Assembly: GCF_964355755.1 (NCBI RefSeq) | Contig: NC_092672.1 | Location: 19,667,237 to 19,731,236, forward strand | Source of the DNA: Antedon mediterranea | Taxonomy: Eukaryota; Animalia; Echinodermata | Length of the DNA stretch: 64,000 nucleotides | Direction of reading: 5' to 3' | In this document: positions 25,511 to 39,600 of the stretch, piece by piece | Layout: every line of letters starts with the position of its first letter | Numbering within the stretch: the first letter of the stretch is position 1 | Position numbers and translations under genes: made by a program | Notes under the pieces: generated by a model | Seen by the model: the letters and a program-made list of their open reading frames with translations, nothing else | Told to the model about the DNA's origin: nothing | Database searches by the model: none

Positions 25511-26264
25511 TTTTTAGAAACAAAAGCTTAATTTGGAATTTGAACAACTGGATTATCAGTGTCAAGCCATGTTTCACTACTTGCAATGATATCAAAAGTA
25601 AAATTAATGGATTTAAGAAACGTACATATAGAATCAATGTTACGTTGTAAGCTTCTAGAGTTAAAGTGTATCATTGATAGACAATTGTTTCTATCAATAT
25701 TTTTAGTGGCATTTATAAAATCATCAGAGTGGTAGTATTTAGAAATAATTTTATTGGTGTAAAATTGATTATCAGGATCTCTTTCAGAATTTAAATTTTC
25801 AGCGTTCGAGAAGGGGTTAAATACAATATCATCATGCGTGCCCCTGGAGGGATGCGTAGGACGAGACGACATAGAACAATTAGACGGAACATTAAACATT
25901 GATAAAATAAAAAACTAGCAAATGAAAGAGCAGCCGAGATCGATTCAGGACATGTTTAGAGACGAGGCAAAAATTCAAAATGCAAAATTAGACAGCAGTA
26001 AATATAAAGCAAATAGGTGTACAATTGATCAAGTGAAATCAATATATGCGGACAGAAAAATCGGTAAAAATTATGCAAGTACAGAATTCAATTGAACAAA
26101 GAACATACACAGATGCATATACAGTTAAATATTCAAGGAAGAAAACAAGATATGCAAATATCAAAAGGTGGTACAGATATGCAAATACGGAATTCAATTG
26201 AACAAAGACATACACTAATATGCTAATACAGTTAAAATATTCAAGGAAGAAAACAGGATATGCA
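25511..26264 (-). mobile_element. Internal fragment of a CR1/L2-group LINE (upstream sequence + start of ORF2 APE endonuclease)
   Basis: 25528-25899: DPD.QFY...SMIHFNSRSL...FDIIASSETWL; no RT, no tail, no TSD; replaces about 15 bp of a satellite unit. Confidence 0.8.
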
Positions 26265-27689
26265 AATAAAATTACACTATACTGCTGTCATAGTACTTGG
26301 CTAACAAGCCTTATAGGACTAATATTGTATTGATTGACATACAATAAAATTACACTATACTGCTGTCAAAGTACTTGGCTAACAAGCCCTATAGGACTAA
26401 TATTGTATTGATTGACATACAATAAAATTACACTATACTGCTGTCATTGTACTTGGCTAACAAGCCCTATAGGACTAATATTGTATTGATTGGCATACAA
26501 TAAAATTACACTATACTGCTGTCATAGTACTTGGCTAACAAGCCCTATAGGACTAATATTGTATTGATTGGCATACAATAAAATTATACTATACTGCTGT
26601 CATAGTACTTGGCTAACAAGCCCTAGGCTAACAAGCCCTATAGGACTAATATTGTATTGATTGGCATACAATAAAATTACACTATACTGCTGTCATAGTA
26701 CTTGGCTAACAAGCCCTATAGGACTAATATTGTATTGATTGGCATACAATAAAATTACACTATACTGCTGTCATAGTACTTGGCTAATTAAATCTAGGAA
26801 AATTTGCAAAGGAAAATGAACATTAGAAATGATTTTTAGTTGACATGGCATGACTATGTGTAATCTTCAAACATTTCACTCTCGATGAAATTACTAGAAT
26901 CTGAGTAACTGACCTGAAGGCACACAAAAAATGTCCCCATAAGCTCAGTTCCTTTCAGTTTTGTTCTATTCTTGTGGGACTGAAAGGAACTAAGTGCAAC
27001 TTTAAATCATGTCAAGACCAGTATAGCAATGAGTTTGTTGTTTCCATATAGGTGTGTTATAATCATAAAGATAGAATATCTTTTTTGGCTTTATTATATC
27101 TATTGGTTATAATAACCATTATGTCAAGAAATAAAATGGTCAAAATGCGGCCATTTAATAATAACAATGTCTAGTACTATAGTAACGTTTTCATGCAAAT
27201 AGGAATGACGAATACAGAACGGCCAGAACAAACATACAATCTTGACTTACTGTATTTCCAATGGGGTTGGACAGTTTTTTTAAATTAAGAGAAAAAAAGT
27301 AACACAAAGTTTAAATCCGCAAATTAAATCATATTCCTGAGAATAATTTTTATTTACTGAAATTAAATCATTAGTTTTACATGATTTGTTTATAATAAAA
27401 TTTAATATTTGGATAATTTCATATTTACTCATGCATGAAAACCAGCTGAAAGAGCTCCACAAAGACTCTGAATTCTTACAGTGTAATGGATCTTAAGTTT
27501 TGTAATTGTATTATTGTTTGTATTGTGAATACAAATTGGTACGACAGCACAAGCATGTAAAAATTGAATTGTGTCAATATTCATTTTTCTTTCAACATAT
27601 TATACAGTAGACAATTTGCGGAATTTGACACAACCTTGATACTGGTGGTAGTTCCTGGATTAACATACTTAATCCTGACATAAACTGCA

Positions 27690-30600
27690 TTATAGCCTAA
27701 CTGGACCATGATACAGCAAACCAAGTAACGCAATACCAAAAGCTATATCAACTGCAGGAGTTGTTGCAACTTGTACAAACTTGTTAATGATGGTAGTAGT
27801 TCCTTGATTTACAGGTTCCTCTTCAACACGTCTACCATTCTGGTGCTCACTAGCCATTGGTGTATGTGTAGGCCTACCACATTGTTCATTTGAGCTCTTC
27901 TTTTGAGATATTTCATCCCCATCTTTCTTTTGTTCAATGTTTACTATTGTATTTCCTTCACTTCTACCACTATTACAGTTCAAGTTACCATTTTCATGAA
28001 ATTGTATTCTATTGTTATTTACATTTTCTGGTTCTTCAATTTCATTGACGCTTTTATCGGAAAACTTATCTCTTTTGTCTTGATCTTCAACTTCTTTGGT
28101 ATCTTTACTGGTAAACTTATCTGTCTTGTCTTCAACTTCTTTGCTATCTTTACTGGTAAACTTATCTCTCTTGTCTTGATCTTCAATTCCTTTACTGGTA
28201 AACTTATCTCTTTTGTCTTGATCTTCAACTTCTTTGGTACCATTGCTTGAACTAATCACTGACAGGTTACTGTCATGAGGTTCATTATCCAATGATACTG
28301 CTGACAGTATACCTTCTGTTAATATGCTATTGTTTTGTTGCGATTGTTCATCATTGCATTCTTGCACATCAGAATCAGCAAACTGGTAAAAATAAATGTT
28401 AAATTGTATTAAATTGTATCAAGAAAAAAAATATTAGATTAAAAATCATAAATTGAATGTTTATGATTTGAATACGGAGAATATTTCATGAAAATTAACT
28501 GATTGACCATTTAATGAGGCGGAACCAAGCACAGGCAATCTCTCAGTAAATGAAATATACTCTATTCAACATTATTAGTTTTATAACACAGTACATATGA
28601 TGATGTGTTAATTTAACATCATTAAAGTAAGTACATGTAAATGAGGATGTGTTAGTGATGAAGGAACATACTTCACATTGTAAAGTTTGTTAGTGCAGCG
28701 AAGATTGTAAATTGCGAGTTTTAAGTAAAGGCCTACCTCGTCTGAATTCAATTCATTTAATTGTTCATCTAACTTGCGTTGGTGTAAACGAATTGAATAT
28801 CCAATCATAGCATACTGTATGACACGTGCTGCCTCATGTCGTCTCTTTACATCTTCTCTCACCTTCCAGCCTCTAAAACCTACAACATATCAATTCTAAT
28901 TAGTGACAATTAGTGGCTTGGTTTGGTAACAGCATGATGCCTGCAAGATATTTGTCAAAACACAATTACAATCAATACCTGCTTGAATGATGACAACAGC
29001 TGCCTCTTGTTTACTTTTGGTTGCCAGGATCTTCCTCCACCATATCTGGATTACACCAGAACTTAAATTGAATTCCTTCAATCTTGCAACTTCAAGTTTA
29101 TCCAACTAAATGAAAAATAACGGAATATAATAAATATACAATGATGCAGATTCTTACTTATTTTTTACACTAACAAGCTAAAAACAAAAAGGTAAAAGTA
29201 TTATAATTTTGTGCTACAACTTTTTCATAATGTTATAAGATAGCAATCTTACTGATTTTCAATGACTTACACACATTTAACTGGGTAATAATTTTTAATA
29301 AAATGGTATTTTTTAAATTGTGTCAAATTAATTGTTCTTTTCTTTTTTATATTTATATACTTTTTTTAAAAAGAAAAATGCCTCAATTTTACATAAATAT
29401 TTAGTCAATTATGGTGAATTTCCTATCTTATACTACAAAAATATTCCTGTAGCACTACTTTTAAAAATAAAGGTTTATTTTACGACACTCATTCAGCTCT
29501 ACTGCAAAGGTTTATATTATACGGATATTGCCTATTTAGAGGTGAATTCCCCGAGGAAATGATACTTTTCTAAGGAACTAAATATTACATCTGTTATATT
29601 AAAATATGTAGCAAAGTTTAAGTAGACTTGGCTGGGTCGGCTAGCCTAAGTAATAAGACTGCCTAGTTCACCTTACCTTGCCTAAGTAATAAGACTGCCT
29701 AGTTCACCTTACCTTGCCTAAGTAATAAGACTGCCTAGTTCACCTTACCTTGCCGTAAAATGACCGTATAAAGTCAAATAATTGCTAATGATTTCTTTGC
29801 CATAAAATATTCACTTAAACTAATTAAAATTTAATTTATTCTACTGCAAATATAAAATAATTAAATTATTATTAAACTACTTTTAAGTACCTGTCCCTCT
29901 CTTAGGAATATCTTTGTTTTTCCAAACAAAAAGCTTTTCATTTTATTTTCTTTGTCTGCTTCAGCTAAAACCAGATTCGTAATAACAGCACATTTACTTT
30001 TTGTATCCAAATCTTTTACATCTTCTGAGTTTGATCTTATTAATAATTCATACCTCTTAAGAAAATCACTGTACAGCATTCTATAAGAAAATTGTCATTA
30101 TCGTTGAGAATCAAGTATAACAAACAACACACTGGCAAGTATGTTAGTAGGTGTTCAACATGTACAGTATACACAGGGATATATATAGTATATATTATAA
30201 ACATCACACTGGCAAGTATGTTAGTAGGTGTTTAACATGTACAGTATGTACAGGGATATATATAGTATATATTATAAACATCACACTGGCAAGTATGTTA
30301 GTAGGTGTTCAACATGTACAGTATGCACAGGGATATATATAGTATATATTATAAACAACACACTGGCAAGTATGTTAGTAGGTGTTTAACATGTACAGTA
30401 TGTACAGGGATATATATAGTATATATTATAAACAACACACTGGCAAGTATGATAGTAGGTGTTTAACATGTACAGTATGCACAGGGATATATATAGTATA
30501 TATTATAAACAACACACTGGCAAGTATGTTAGTAGGTGTTCAACATGTACAGTATGCACAGGGATATATATAGTATATATTATAAACAACACACTGGCAA

Positions 30601-33600
30601 GTATGTTAGTAGGTGTTCAACCTGTACAGTATGCACAGGGATATATATAGTATATATTATAAACATCACAGGCACAGAATAAATTCTATACCGCCCGGTG
30701 ATATACTGAAATTCAATTAATTAATTTGAAACGATGAAGATGAGGAAATCTGTGAGAATGAGAAAAAGTCGCCTCCATCAAGATTCAAACCCGGAACCTT
30801 CTGCTTGATGTCCTAACCATTAGACCACTGGGGCTTTCATGGTATTATTCAAACTCGATTGGATCGTCGTGGTAAGGCGGTATAGCACTAGTCCCTCAGT
30901 TGTACGCACACGCATCAGATATCAAATTGATACGCCCTCATCTTTCAGTATATATATACATATATATATATATAAATCCAAAGGCAAATTACTGAACAAA
31001 ATGACAAAGCTGTGGGTATCAGTGGCTGGATCTCAATGGAGATACAAAAATAAAAAGCGAAAAGCTAAATCAAAACGATAAAGTAAAAAGCCAGAAAAGT
31101 TAGCAGAGCTTTCGGGCAACACTAGCCCTTCATCGGTGCAATACCTATATATATATATATGTATTGTAAGTCCTAGAGCAAGCTGTTTAATTGGGATTTT
31201 AATAGTAAAAAATACAGTAAAATACAAATTACAACAAATAAGAAGGTTGTAACATGTTTAGTGCAACCTATAAAACAATACAACACAACCATTTTAGTTT
31301 TTGCTTAATTATTCAATATCAAAAACAAACAGGTGTAAGCTGACCTGGTAGGGAAGCCTGTTGCACTGATCTCAATTGTTTCAAGTTAACTTAACTAAAC
31401 AAGGGTATCCACCAGTCATAGATGGGTACATTGTTAGTGCAAAAAGACACAAAACAACAGCTGTAAGCTGACCTGGTAGGGAAGCCTGTTGCACTGATCT
31501 GAATTGTTTCAAGTTAACTTAACTAAACAAGGATATCAACCAGTCCCATATGGGTACATTGTTAGTATAAAAAGAACACAAAACAATAGCTGTAAGCTAA
31601 CCTGGTAGGGAAGCCTGTTGCACTGATCTCAATTGTTTCAAGAACACCGCAAGCACGTAGTTGATTTATAACATGAACGTTATCAAAGCTGTCTGGTTGA
31701 CACTCAAGACTTGGTTGGATACAGCGGATGTAGTGAGGTGTTGTTTCATGTAAAGTAGCCATAAGACTGTCCAATGAATTCTAAGATATAAGATACAATT
31801 GTTAGATTGTTACCCCAAAGATTACATGTAAAAACTGAAAGGTATCAACCAAAATAAGTATAAGTAAATACAAAATGGATTGAGGAAATATGTCTGATAA
31901 TCAAAAAATAAAATATCTTGCATATATTTATTATTATAAGTTACATTTTCAACAGAAGTTAAAAAAAAATTGGGAAGAAATAATTTGAGTGATCCTGCAG
32001 ATGTTTATTTGATTTATTTCAGCGTCATAAAAAACAATTTAAAGATAAATTACAATTAATATAATATACAGGAAACAAAATATGAAACATCAACAATATA
32101 CAAAATCAGAGATGCTGAGGAAAACCCATAAAAGTCCTTGTTTCCCTGTTTCTCCTTTTTTCAAGAAAAAGCAAAAACAACAACAAAGCAAAAAAACCTA
32201 TCTAAATTCTAAAGCAAGAGCTCAGTCTTGAAGCTATTTTTCCATACTAAATTCATCAAGAGTCTAAATTAAGTTTTGAATGAGTTTCAACTTTTAGGAT
32301 TCTGTACCTTAAATTTTGATACCACTGTAGTAGTCTTTTTGCCTTTTGTTTTACTTGAACTCTGAAAAAAATTCATAAAATTAACATATTTTAGGTTAAA
32401 CAGAACTATTGACATAACTGACAAGATGCAAAGACATTATAAATATCACACATTTATTCGGCATTGTTCTTTGTTTAAAAGTTTCATGATGTAACATTGA
32501 TGAAGACAGAACTTAAAAAGCAATGGTATAGTGTTAGTACAGTGTTAGTATGGTGTTACTACAGTGTTAGTATGGTGTTACTACAGTGTTATTATGGTGT
32601 TACTACAGTGTTAGTATGGTGTTACTACAGTGTTAGTATGGTGTTACTACAGTGTTAGTATGGTGTTACTACATTGTTAGTATGGTGTTACTACATTGTT
32701 AGTATGGTGTTACTACATTGTTAGTATGGTGTTACTACATTGTTAGTATGGTGTTACTACATTGTTAGTATGGTGTTACTACATTGTTAGTATGGTGTTA
32801 CTACAGTATTAGTATGGTGTTACTACATTGTTAGTATGGTGTTACTACATTGTTAGTATGGTGTTACTACATTGTTAGTATGGTGTTACTACATTGTTAT
32901 TATGGCGTTACTACAGTGTTATTATGGTGTTACTACAGTGTTAGTATGGTGTTACTACAGTGTTAGTATGGTGTTACTACAGTGTTAGTATGGTGTTACT
33001 ACATTGTTAGTATGGTGTTACTACATTGTTAGTATGGTGTTACTACATTGTTAGTATGGTGTTACTACATTGTTAGTATGGTGTTACTACATTGTTAGTA
33101 TGGTGTTACTACATTGTTAGTATGGTGTTACTACATTGTTAGTATGGTGTTACTACATTGTTAGTATGGTGTTACTACATTGTTAGTATGGTGTTACTAC
33201 AGTGTTAGTATGGTGTTAATACATTGTTAGTATGGTGTTACTACATTGTTAGTATGGCGTTACTACATTGTTAGTATGGCGTTACTACAGTGTTAGTATG
33301 GTGTTACTACATTGTTAGTATGGTGTTACTACATTGTTAGTATGGTGTTACTACATTGTTAGTATGGTGTTACTACAGTATTAGTATGGTGTTACTACAT
33401 TGTTAGTATGGTGTTACTACATTGTTAGTATGGTGTTACTACATTGTTAGTATGGTGTTACTACAGTGTTAGTTTGATGTTACTATGGTGTTACTACATT
33501 GTTAGTATGGTGTTAGTATAGTGTTACTATGGTGTTTAAAAACAAATGATAAGATCAATCACCTGTAAACTGGTAACATTAGCTTCAACTAATTGTTGCA

Positions 33601-36600
33601 CAAACTTCTTGCTGCTAATTTTAAGCAAATCTACAAGTTCTGCTGGAATACCATCCTAAAAACATCAAATGATACACAATAGATTAATTAGTAAATGAAC
33701 ATTCACCTGTGTACACTGCACATCAAATCTAATGAGCAAATATAATGTAATAGCAATAAGGTTTCCATTCAAAGTAAATATTATAGGGATACTCGGAAAA
33801 AAAGCCATGGTAATAGGGCAGGAGGGCAAGTTGGTAAATTGATTGTTCGTTAACTTGATGAAATTGTAATATTGGAGAGCATATGTGGTTAAATAGGTTG
33901 AAACACTCTTGTCGTTTTCTAAATTGAATTGTGTTAGTGAACCAATTCTTATTTTGATATATAAACAGAGAAATGTAATACTGTAAGCTGAGCACGTACT
34001 CCAGACTGAAAAAAGATGGCAGCCGTAAATGTGTTCAAAAACATTATTTAACATAACAAATAATAATCTAATATAATACATTCACATATTCTTGTCAAAG
34101 AACAGTGAAGATTTATAAATCGCAATGGAATGAATAAATTCTAGGTAATCTAGCATTTTTGTATTTGAGGATCATATAGAATGCGTTCACGGTTATACGC
34201 TTAACACGCTGCATTGTGTATTGTTCTCACGCAGATAGGCTCAACACAGGCATATAGCAGTGCGTACTGCGTAGGGCATATCTGATTGGTTGATTGAAAG
34301 CCGCTATTTTGTTGGTTCCCTCTCCATAGAGAATCACCTTTTGAACTGCGATAACAGAGCATAATAATAGATAGAGCATTACCTATAGCTACAAACAGCC
34401 ATTCATACATTTTACTGTGGTATTTATTTTCAGTTATAAGATTATGAGAAATGAGTTTAAACGAAGCAGATGCACTATTCCATAATTGTAATGCTTTGAG
34501 AAACTATTTATGAACTTCTAACCCCCTTTTTTTGTGAATATACTGTAAAACTGGCATTCAGTTGTAAGTATATTACCTTATTCTTTTCAATTAGACCATC
34601 CACTTGGTACGTAACTTTCTCTGCATAGTGATGCACAACAAAAGCTGGTGATGTCACTGATATATGTGCACGAGATAAGCTTGCACTGCTGATGGTGTCA
34701 AGAAGAAACTCACAAAATGAACTTGGATCTGAATGTCTGTTTAACTTGCATTGCTATAAACAAGATAAACTTGCAATTAGAAAGTAAATGACATAATAAC
34801 ATGATTGTGATCTTAGATGGACAGTCTAAGCACAACAACTTGTAGTTTGCAACTGGTTGTGGTGTTACTGTACTTTTGCACCTAACTCACTGGGCATAAG
34901 GTCACTCACCATCACTGATGTGCAGCAGGTGAATATTGGGGTTAAGCTTGAGGTGCAAAAGTACATCAGCAGCAGGTTTTCTAGTGTAAACTAGGCTCAA
35001 AAGTCCATTATTTATCTTCTTACAAACTACAGTTTATTTATTGATTTGGGCAATCAAGACAAACTATGGTTTTTAAGACAAACTATGCCTGTCGGGTAAA
35101 AACCACTTTTTTTCAAAATGTAAAATTCAAAATAGGAAGGAGTTATTATTTTACGACATACTGTACTACGATTGAGAAAGGCGAATTCTTAATACAGCAC
35201 TGGGACAACTCATCTTTTTGTTGTCATACATGCAGCATGGTTTCATGGTACAGCAGTTTATCTTTCAATAATAAGTACAAACTACAGAATACAGGTTGTC
35301 TTTTTCAACCATTATTTTTCGTCTTGCGAAAAACTATGACTTAGAAACTTATTGTTTGTATTTTAATCGAAAGACAAACTACGACACCCCAATATTCAAC
35401 ATCAAAACATGTTTTATTGTCAGTGGAAACACTTACTTGATTCATGAGAGCAAATATACTGATGTTGCCTTCAATAACATCAAGACATGTTTTATTGTGA
35501 GTGGAATAGGAACACTTACTTGATTCATGAGAGCAAATATACTGATGTTGCCTTCAATAACATCAAGACATGTTTTATTGTCAGTAAAGTCTTCAAATTT
35601 CCATGGAATTCCCTCAGATTGACAGTCATCCTAAAATAATATAAACATGGCTGTTTAATCAGCAGTATAATTATGTTTATAAAGGTTCATCATTATCACT
35701 GTTAGATAAGTGAATGATAATTCTCATAAACTTTAAATATTATTGTTATCTTAATTATCATTTTATATTGTATTATAATTATACTAGTATTTTGATATTA
35801 TTAAGTTTTTACAAGATTTGTTTGATATCAACTAAAAGAAGTGCCATATTATTTTTCTCCATTTTTTTTAATGAATAAAAGAACTGTTGTTATTATCACT
35901 CTTATATGGTGCTAATAAAACACTGTTGCACCAACTGTATATTGGCATACTCTATATATAGAAAATAAGTTTGTTGGAATACCTGTTCTGCTTTGAGGAA
36001 GTTGTGCACAAAATGTTGCTGAAGTTTCTCATTTGCATAATTTATGCATAATTGCTCCAAACTGTTAAATGAAAAACTTTCAAATCCGTAGACATCCAGT
36101 AGACCAATGTAAGACTGGCAACTCCTGGCCATGGTACTGTCATTGATGAATCCAACGAGCCAATCAAAAACTCTGAAACATTAAAACATAATTTAGTCAG
36201 TCTTCAAAGCTAGTTTTTTTTGGTAAAACCAAAGTGGGGTTGAAAACGTTTGCATGTAAACATTTTCTCCTGTTATATACTAACTACATGACAAAGAAAG
36301 AAATTAGGCAGAAAGAAGTCGGGCCATGACAGCAAGAGAGATTAGGCAGAATAAAAATTAAATTAAATTGACTAAGTATTAGAGTTTGCATGTATGTATG
36401 TTTATTTTATTTTTGTGAATGTTTAAAGGTGTATGTAGGATTTGTTGTGGACAATCCGCCTCGGTGAAGACAAGCATGCATATGGGGAAGCAAATAAAAG
36501 TTATTGGATTTGTACAACATCTTCTGTGGGTTTGTTTTGAATGTATAACAGGTCAGTAAATAAGCAAATACTGCACAACAATCATTTTCAAAAGAGTAAG

Positions 36601-39600
36601 TAGGTTTCTTTCACTACAAACAAATATAGCTTTAATGTTTGTAAAATACCTGGCATAGAGTAACTTTGCAAGACAATCTCTCCTTGTATGACATTCATCT
36701 TTTATGCAAGGTTTCATAAAGACACTCTTTCTACGCTTGTGAGATGCAGTGATTTGTCGGAATGCTAGACATCTAGTTAAGGCATCAACATCAAGACCAA
36801 GTAACTGTGCAGCAGCATTAACAGAGGTGTCAACTCCTGATGAAGCAACATAAATAGTACAACAATATGATATATTGAATAATTAGTAAATTAGAAAATC
36901 TTTCTTTGGCTGAAATATTTTATCAACATTTTTTGAAGATGGAGAAAAATATTAATAAGATTGTTTAAGATTTTAAAGTGACATAATTATTAACGATATT
37001 TTTTTAGATATTTTGTGACCAACCTACAATAATATTAAGGTATTCCTTATGTCCGTTTTTAGTTATTTCTCATATATTATATTATGGTAGAAATAAAAAC
37101 AAATTAAAAAATAGTAAAAAGATGTATAAACTGTTGATAGAATATTATGAATCATAAATAAACGCCAATTTACTTTAGATTAAAAATTCTAATAAAATAA
37201 AAAAGAATGAACAAACAGTATTTTAAATATAATCTATTAAAACTTAAAGGTCGCAACTACTTTAAGCTAAACTATAAATACTGTATGCAATCTTAAAGGT
37301 CGCAACTACTTTAAGCTAAACTATATATACTGTATGCAATCTTTTTATTGGTATAATACAGAAAATAATTAAACAGCATAACCTTTATATCATTTACCTT
37401 GTTTTTCAGAATCAATTTCACATGGTCCAGTAACATCATCACTAATAAAATCTACATTTCCAAGATGAAGTATAACACTTAAAACCTACAAATAAACACA
37501 TTTTCAAATTCAATTCAATAATTCAAAAAATAGAATTATAACATTACTATTAGATTTATGTATAAAAAACATCAAAGTCTATTATCACTAATTTATATAC
37601 TACCATATGGTTTTCATTACCATAAATTTGTAAAAGTTGTTTTGAATCAATATACTATCATAATTGTAAAAACTAGGTAAAAGTTCACTGATGTTTACTG
37701 TCCACATGTGCTGGATTAGTTCAACCAAGGCATCTAAACACATTGCTTTGGTTCAGTTAGTTCACTGATGTTTACTGTCCACATGTGCTGGATTAGTTCA
37801 ACCAAGGCATCTAAACACATTGCTTTGGTTCAGTTAGTTCACTAATGTTTACTGTCCACATGTGCTGGATTAGTTCAACCAAGGCATCTAAACACATTGC
37901 TTTGGTTCAGAATAGTTCACTGATGTTTATAATTCTTGTTGCTGTGACCTCCTGCTAAGTCCAACATTAGACATCGCTTACTAACTAATTAAGTAAAAGT
38001 TTCTTACTTTAAATAATTCTTGTTGCTGTGACCTTCTAAGTCCAACATTACACATTGCTTACTAACTAATTAAGTAAAAGTTTCTTACTTTAAATAATTC
38101 TTGTTGCTGTGACTTGCTAAGTCCAACATTACACATTGCTTGCTTTGTAACTATAAAATCGTGTTTATCCTTTTGATTACATGCATCTTCTGAACGGTTT
38201 AGTGGCACATAGTTTAAGTTGTCTGAATTTGGTAGTAACCAGTTCCTCCTTTCCCTTTCATTTCCGCCAAACAGCATCTATGATAATTTGAAAGAAGAAA
38301 TGTTAATGATATTATTAAAAAGACTAATAATGAGAATAACATAAACTAATAATATATTTCATGCTTTGATAACATTAGTAGAGTGAGTGCTTTCTTGCCC
38401 TATATTACAAAATATTACAAAGTGACAATTTTGTTTCAAGATGTTTAATATTAGTACCAGAAAGATCCTTTTCATATCTGCCTACATTGATCTCCAGACT
38501 TATTACATGTTTTCATATTTACTCACGAACCTTGTGAAATCACGGGAGAAGTATTGTCATTGTATAGTTGATGGTGCTATCATTAGTACAATCTCAAGTT
38601 TGTGAGGAAAAAAAAGTCACGCTTCGATACTTTCAAACAGGTGTACGGTCAGTTAAATACCAGGACAAAGCACAAATGCGCAGAACAAAAAAACAGGCCC
38701 CTGTGAATATCAGTAGTATTTTAACAACCTGATTACAACCAAAGGGTACATGTTTGCTATTAGCCTACTCACTTTAGAAACATGGCAACAGAAATAAATT
38801 GCAGGGTTTTCTCTAACCTGCAGAAAATATGCAAATGTATCACAGTTCCAACAGTTAAGTTAAACAGTTGGTTATCCGGTTTAAAGGTACACAAAAATGA
38901 AACATAACTAATACTAACTTGGTAAAAGATGTGAAAATTCCTGGCACCATCACATTGATAAACAACTCTAGTTTTCTCAAGAAGATATGTCTGAATAGAA
39001 GCACCAACAACATGATTTCCACTGAAAACAAAATTGGAAAGGTAAAATAAGAATTGCTCTTGTGTGTAATTTCATTCTTCCCTGCTATGACACACAAAAT
39101 GGCATATGTAGAAACTCAAAATGCATGGCCTGTATACAGTATGTTGGTTGAACATTGACAAATAAAAATAATGTATGAAACTTACCGACTGAATTGTATC
39201 TGAATGTACTTTCCAAAGCGGCTACTATTGTGATTCCTGGTTGTGCTAGCATTGCCTAAAAAAATGAAATAATAGTTGTCTAACAGAGATGGAGTTGTAG
39301 GGAGGTGTAGGGTACTGGGAGGCAAAAGATTAATATTACTGTATATATATATATATACTGGTGCAGGCCATCAAATATTGCCATCAATTTCAATTAATTC
39401 TACTAGTCTTAATGATACCAAATCTGCCAAAAATTTAATTTGAGCATAAAATCTCACGAAATTCATATTTAGAACATACTGTAAGTTGGCCACTGCTCAT
39501 CAACAGTTTTAGCCTATATATTAGGAGTTTAAAGGATTTTGGCACCATGACTGAAGGTTAAAGATTATGCTAGAATTACAAAATGTAAAATCAGTACACA

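Larger units (their letters stand above)
6938..26787. repeat. 78-bp satellite array (about 65 units, about 5 kb) interrupted by seven insertions
   Basis: Unit aacaagccctataggactaatattgt(c/a)ttgattg(g/a)catacaataaaattacactatactgctgtcatagtacttggct; blocks at 6938-8940, 11918-13184, 14525-14914, 16171-16309, 20980-21013, 24831-25510, 26265-26787. Confidence 0.97.

Noticed and set aside
6938-26787. CRISPR-like array (repeats interrupted by unique DNA)
   Set aside because: Units are contiguous without spacers, inserts are kb-scale eukaryotic TEs, no cas genes.
27002-27689. Additional MYO19 tail exons (QGCVKFRK, HCYTGLDMI*)
   Set aside because: Faint resemblance to the vertebrate tail but no consistent splice sites/phase could be found.
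30151-30650. Three similar 63-aa ORFs
   Set aside because: Artefacts of the 77-bp minisatellite.
30771-30834. Functional tRNA gene
   Set aside because: Anticodon arm deleted and B-box mutated; cannot fold as a cloverleaf.
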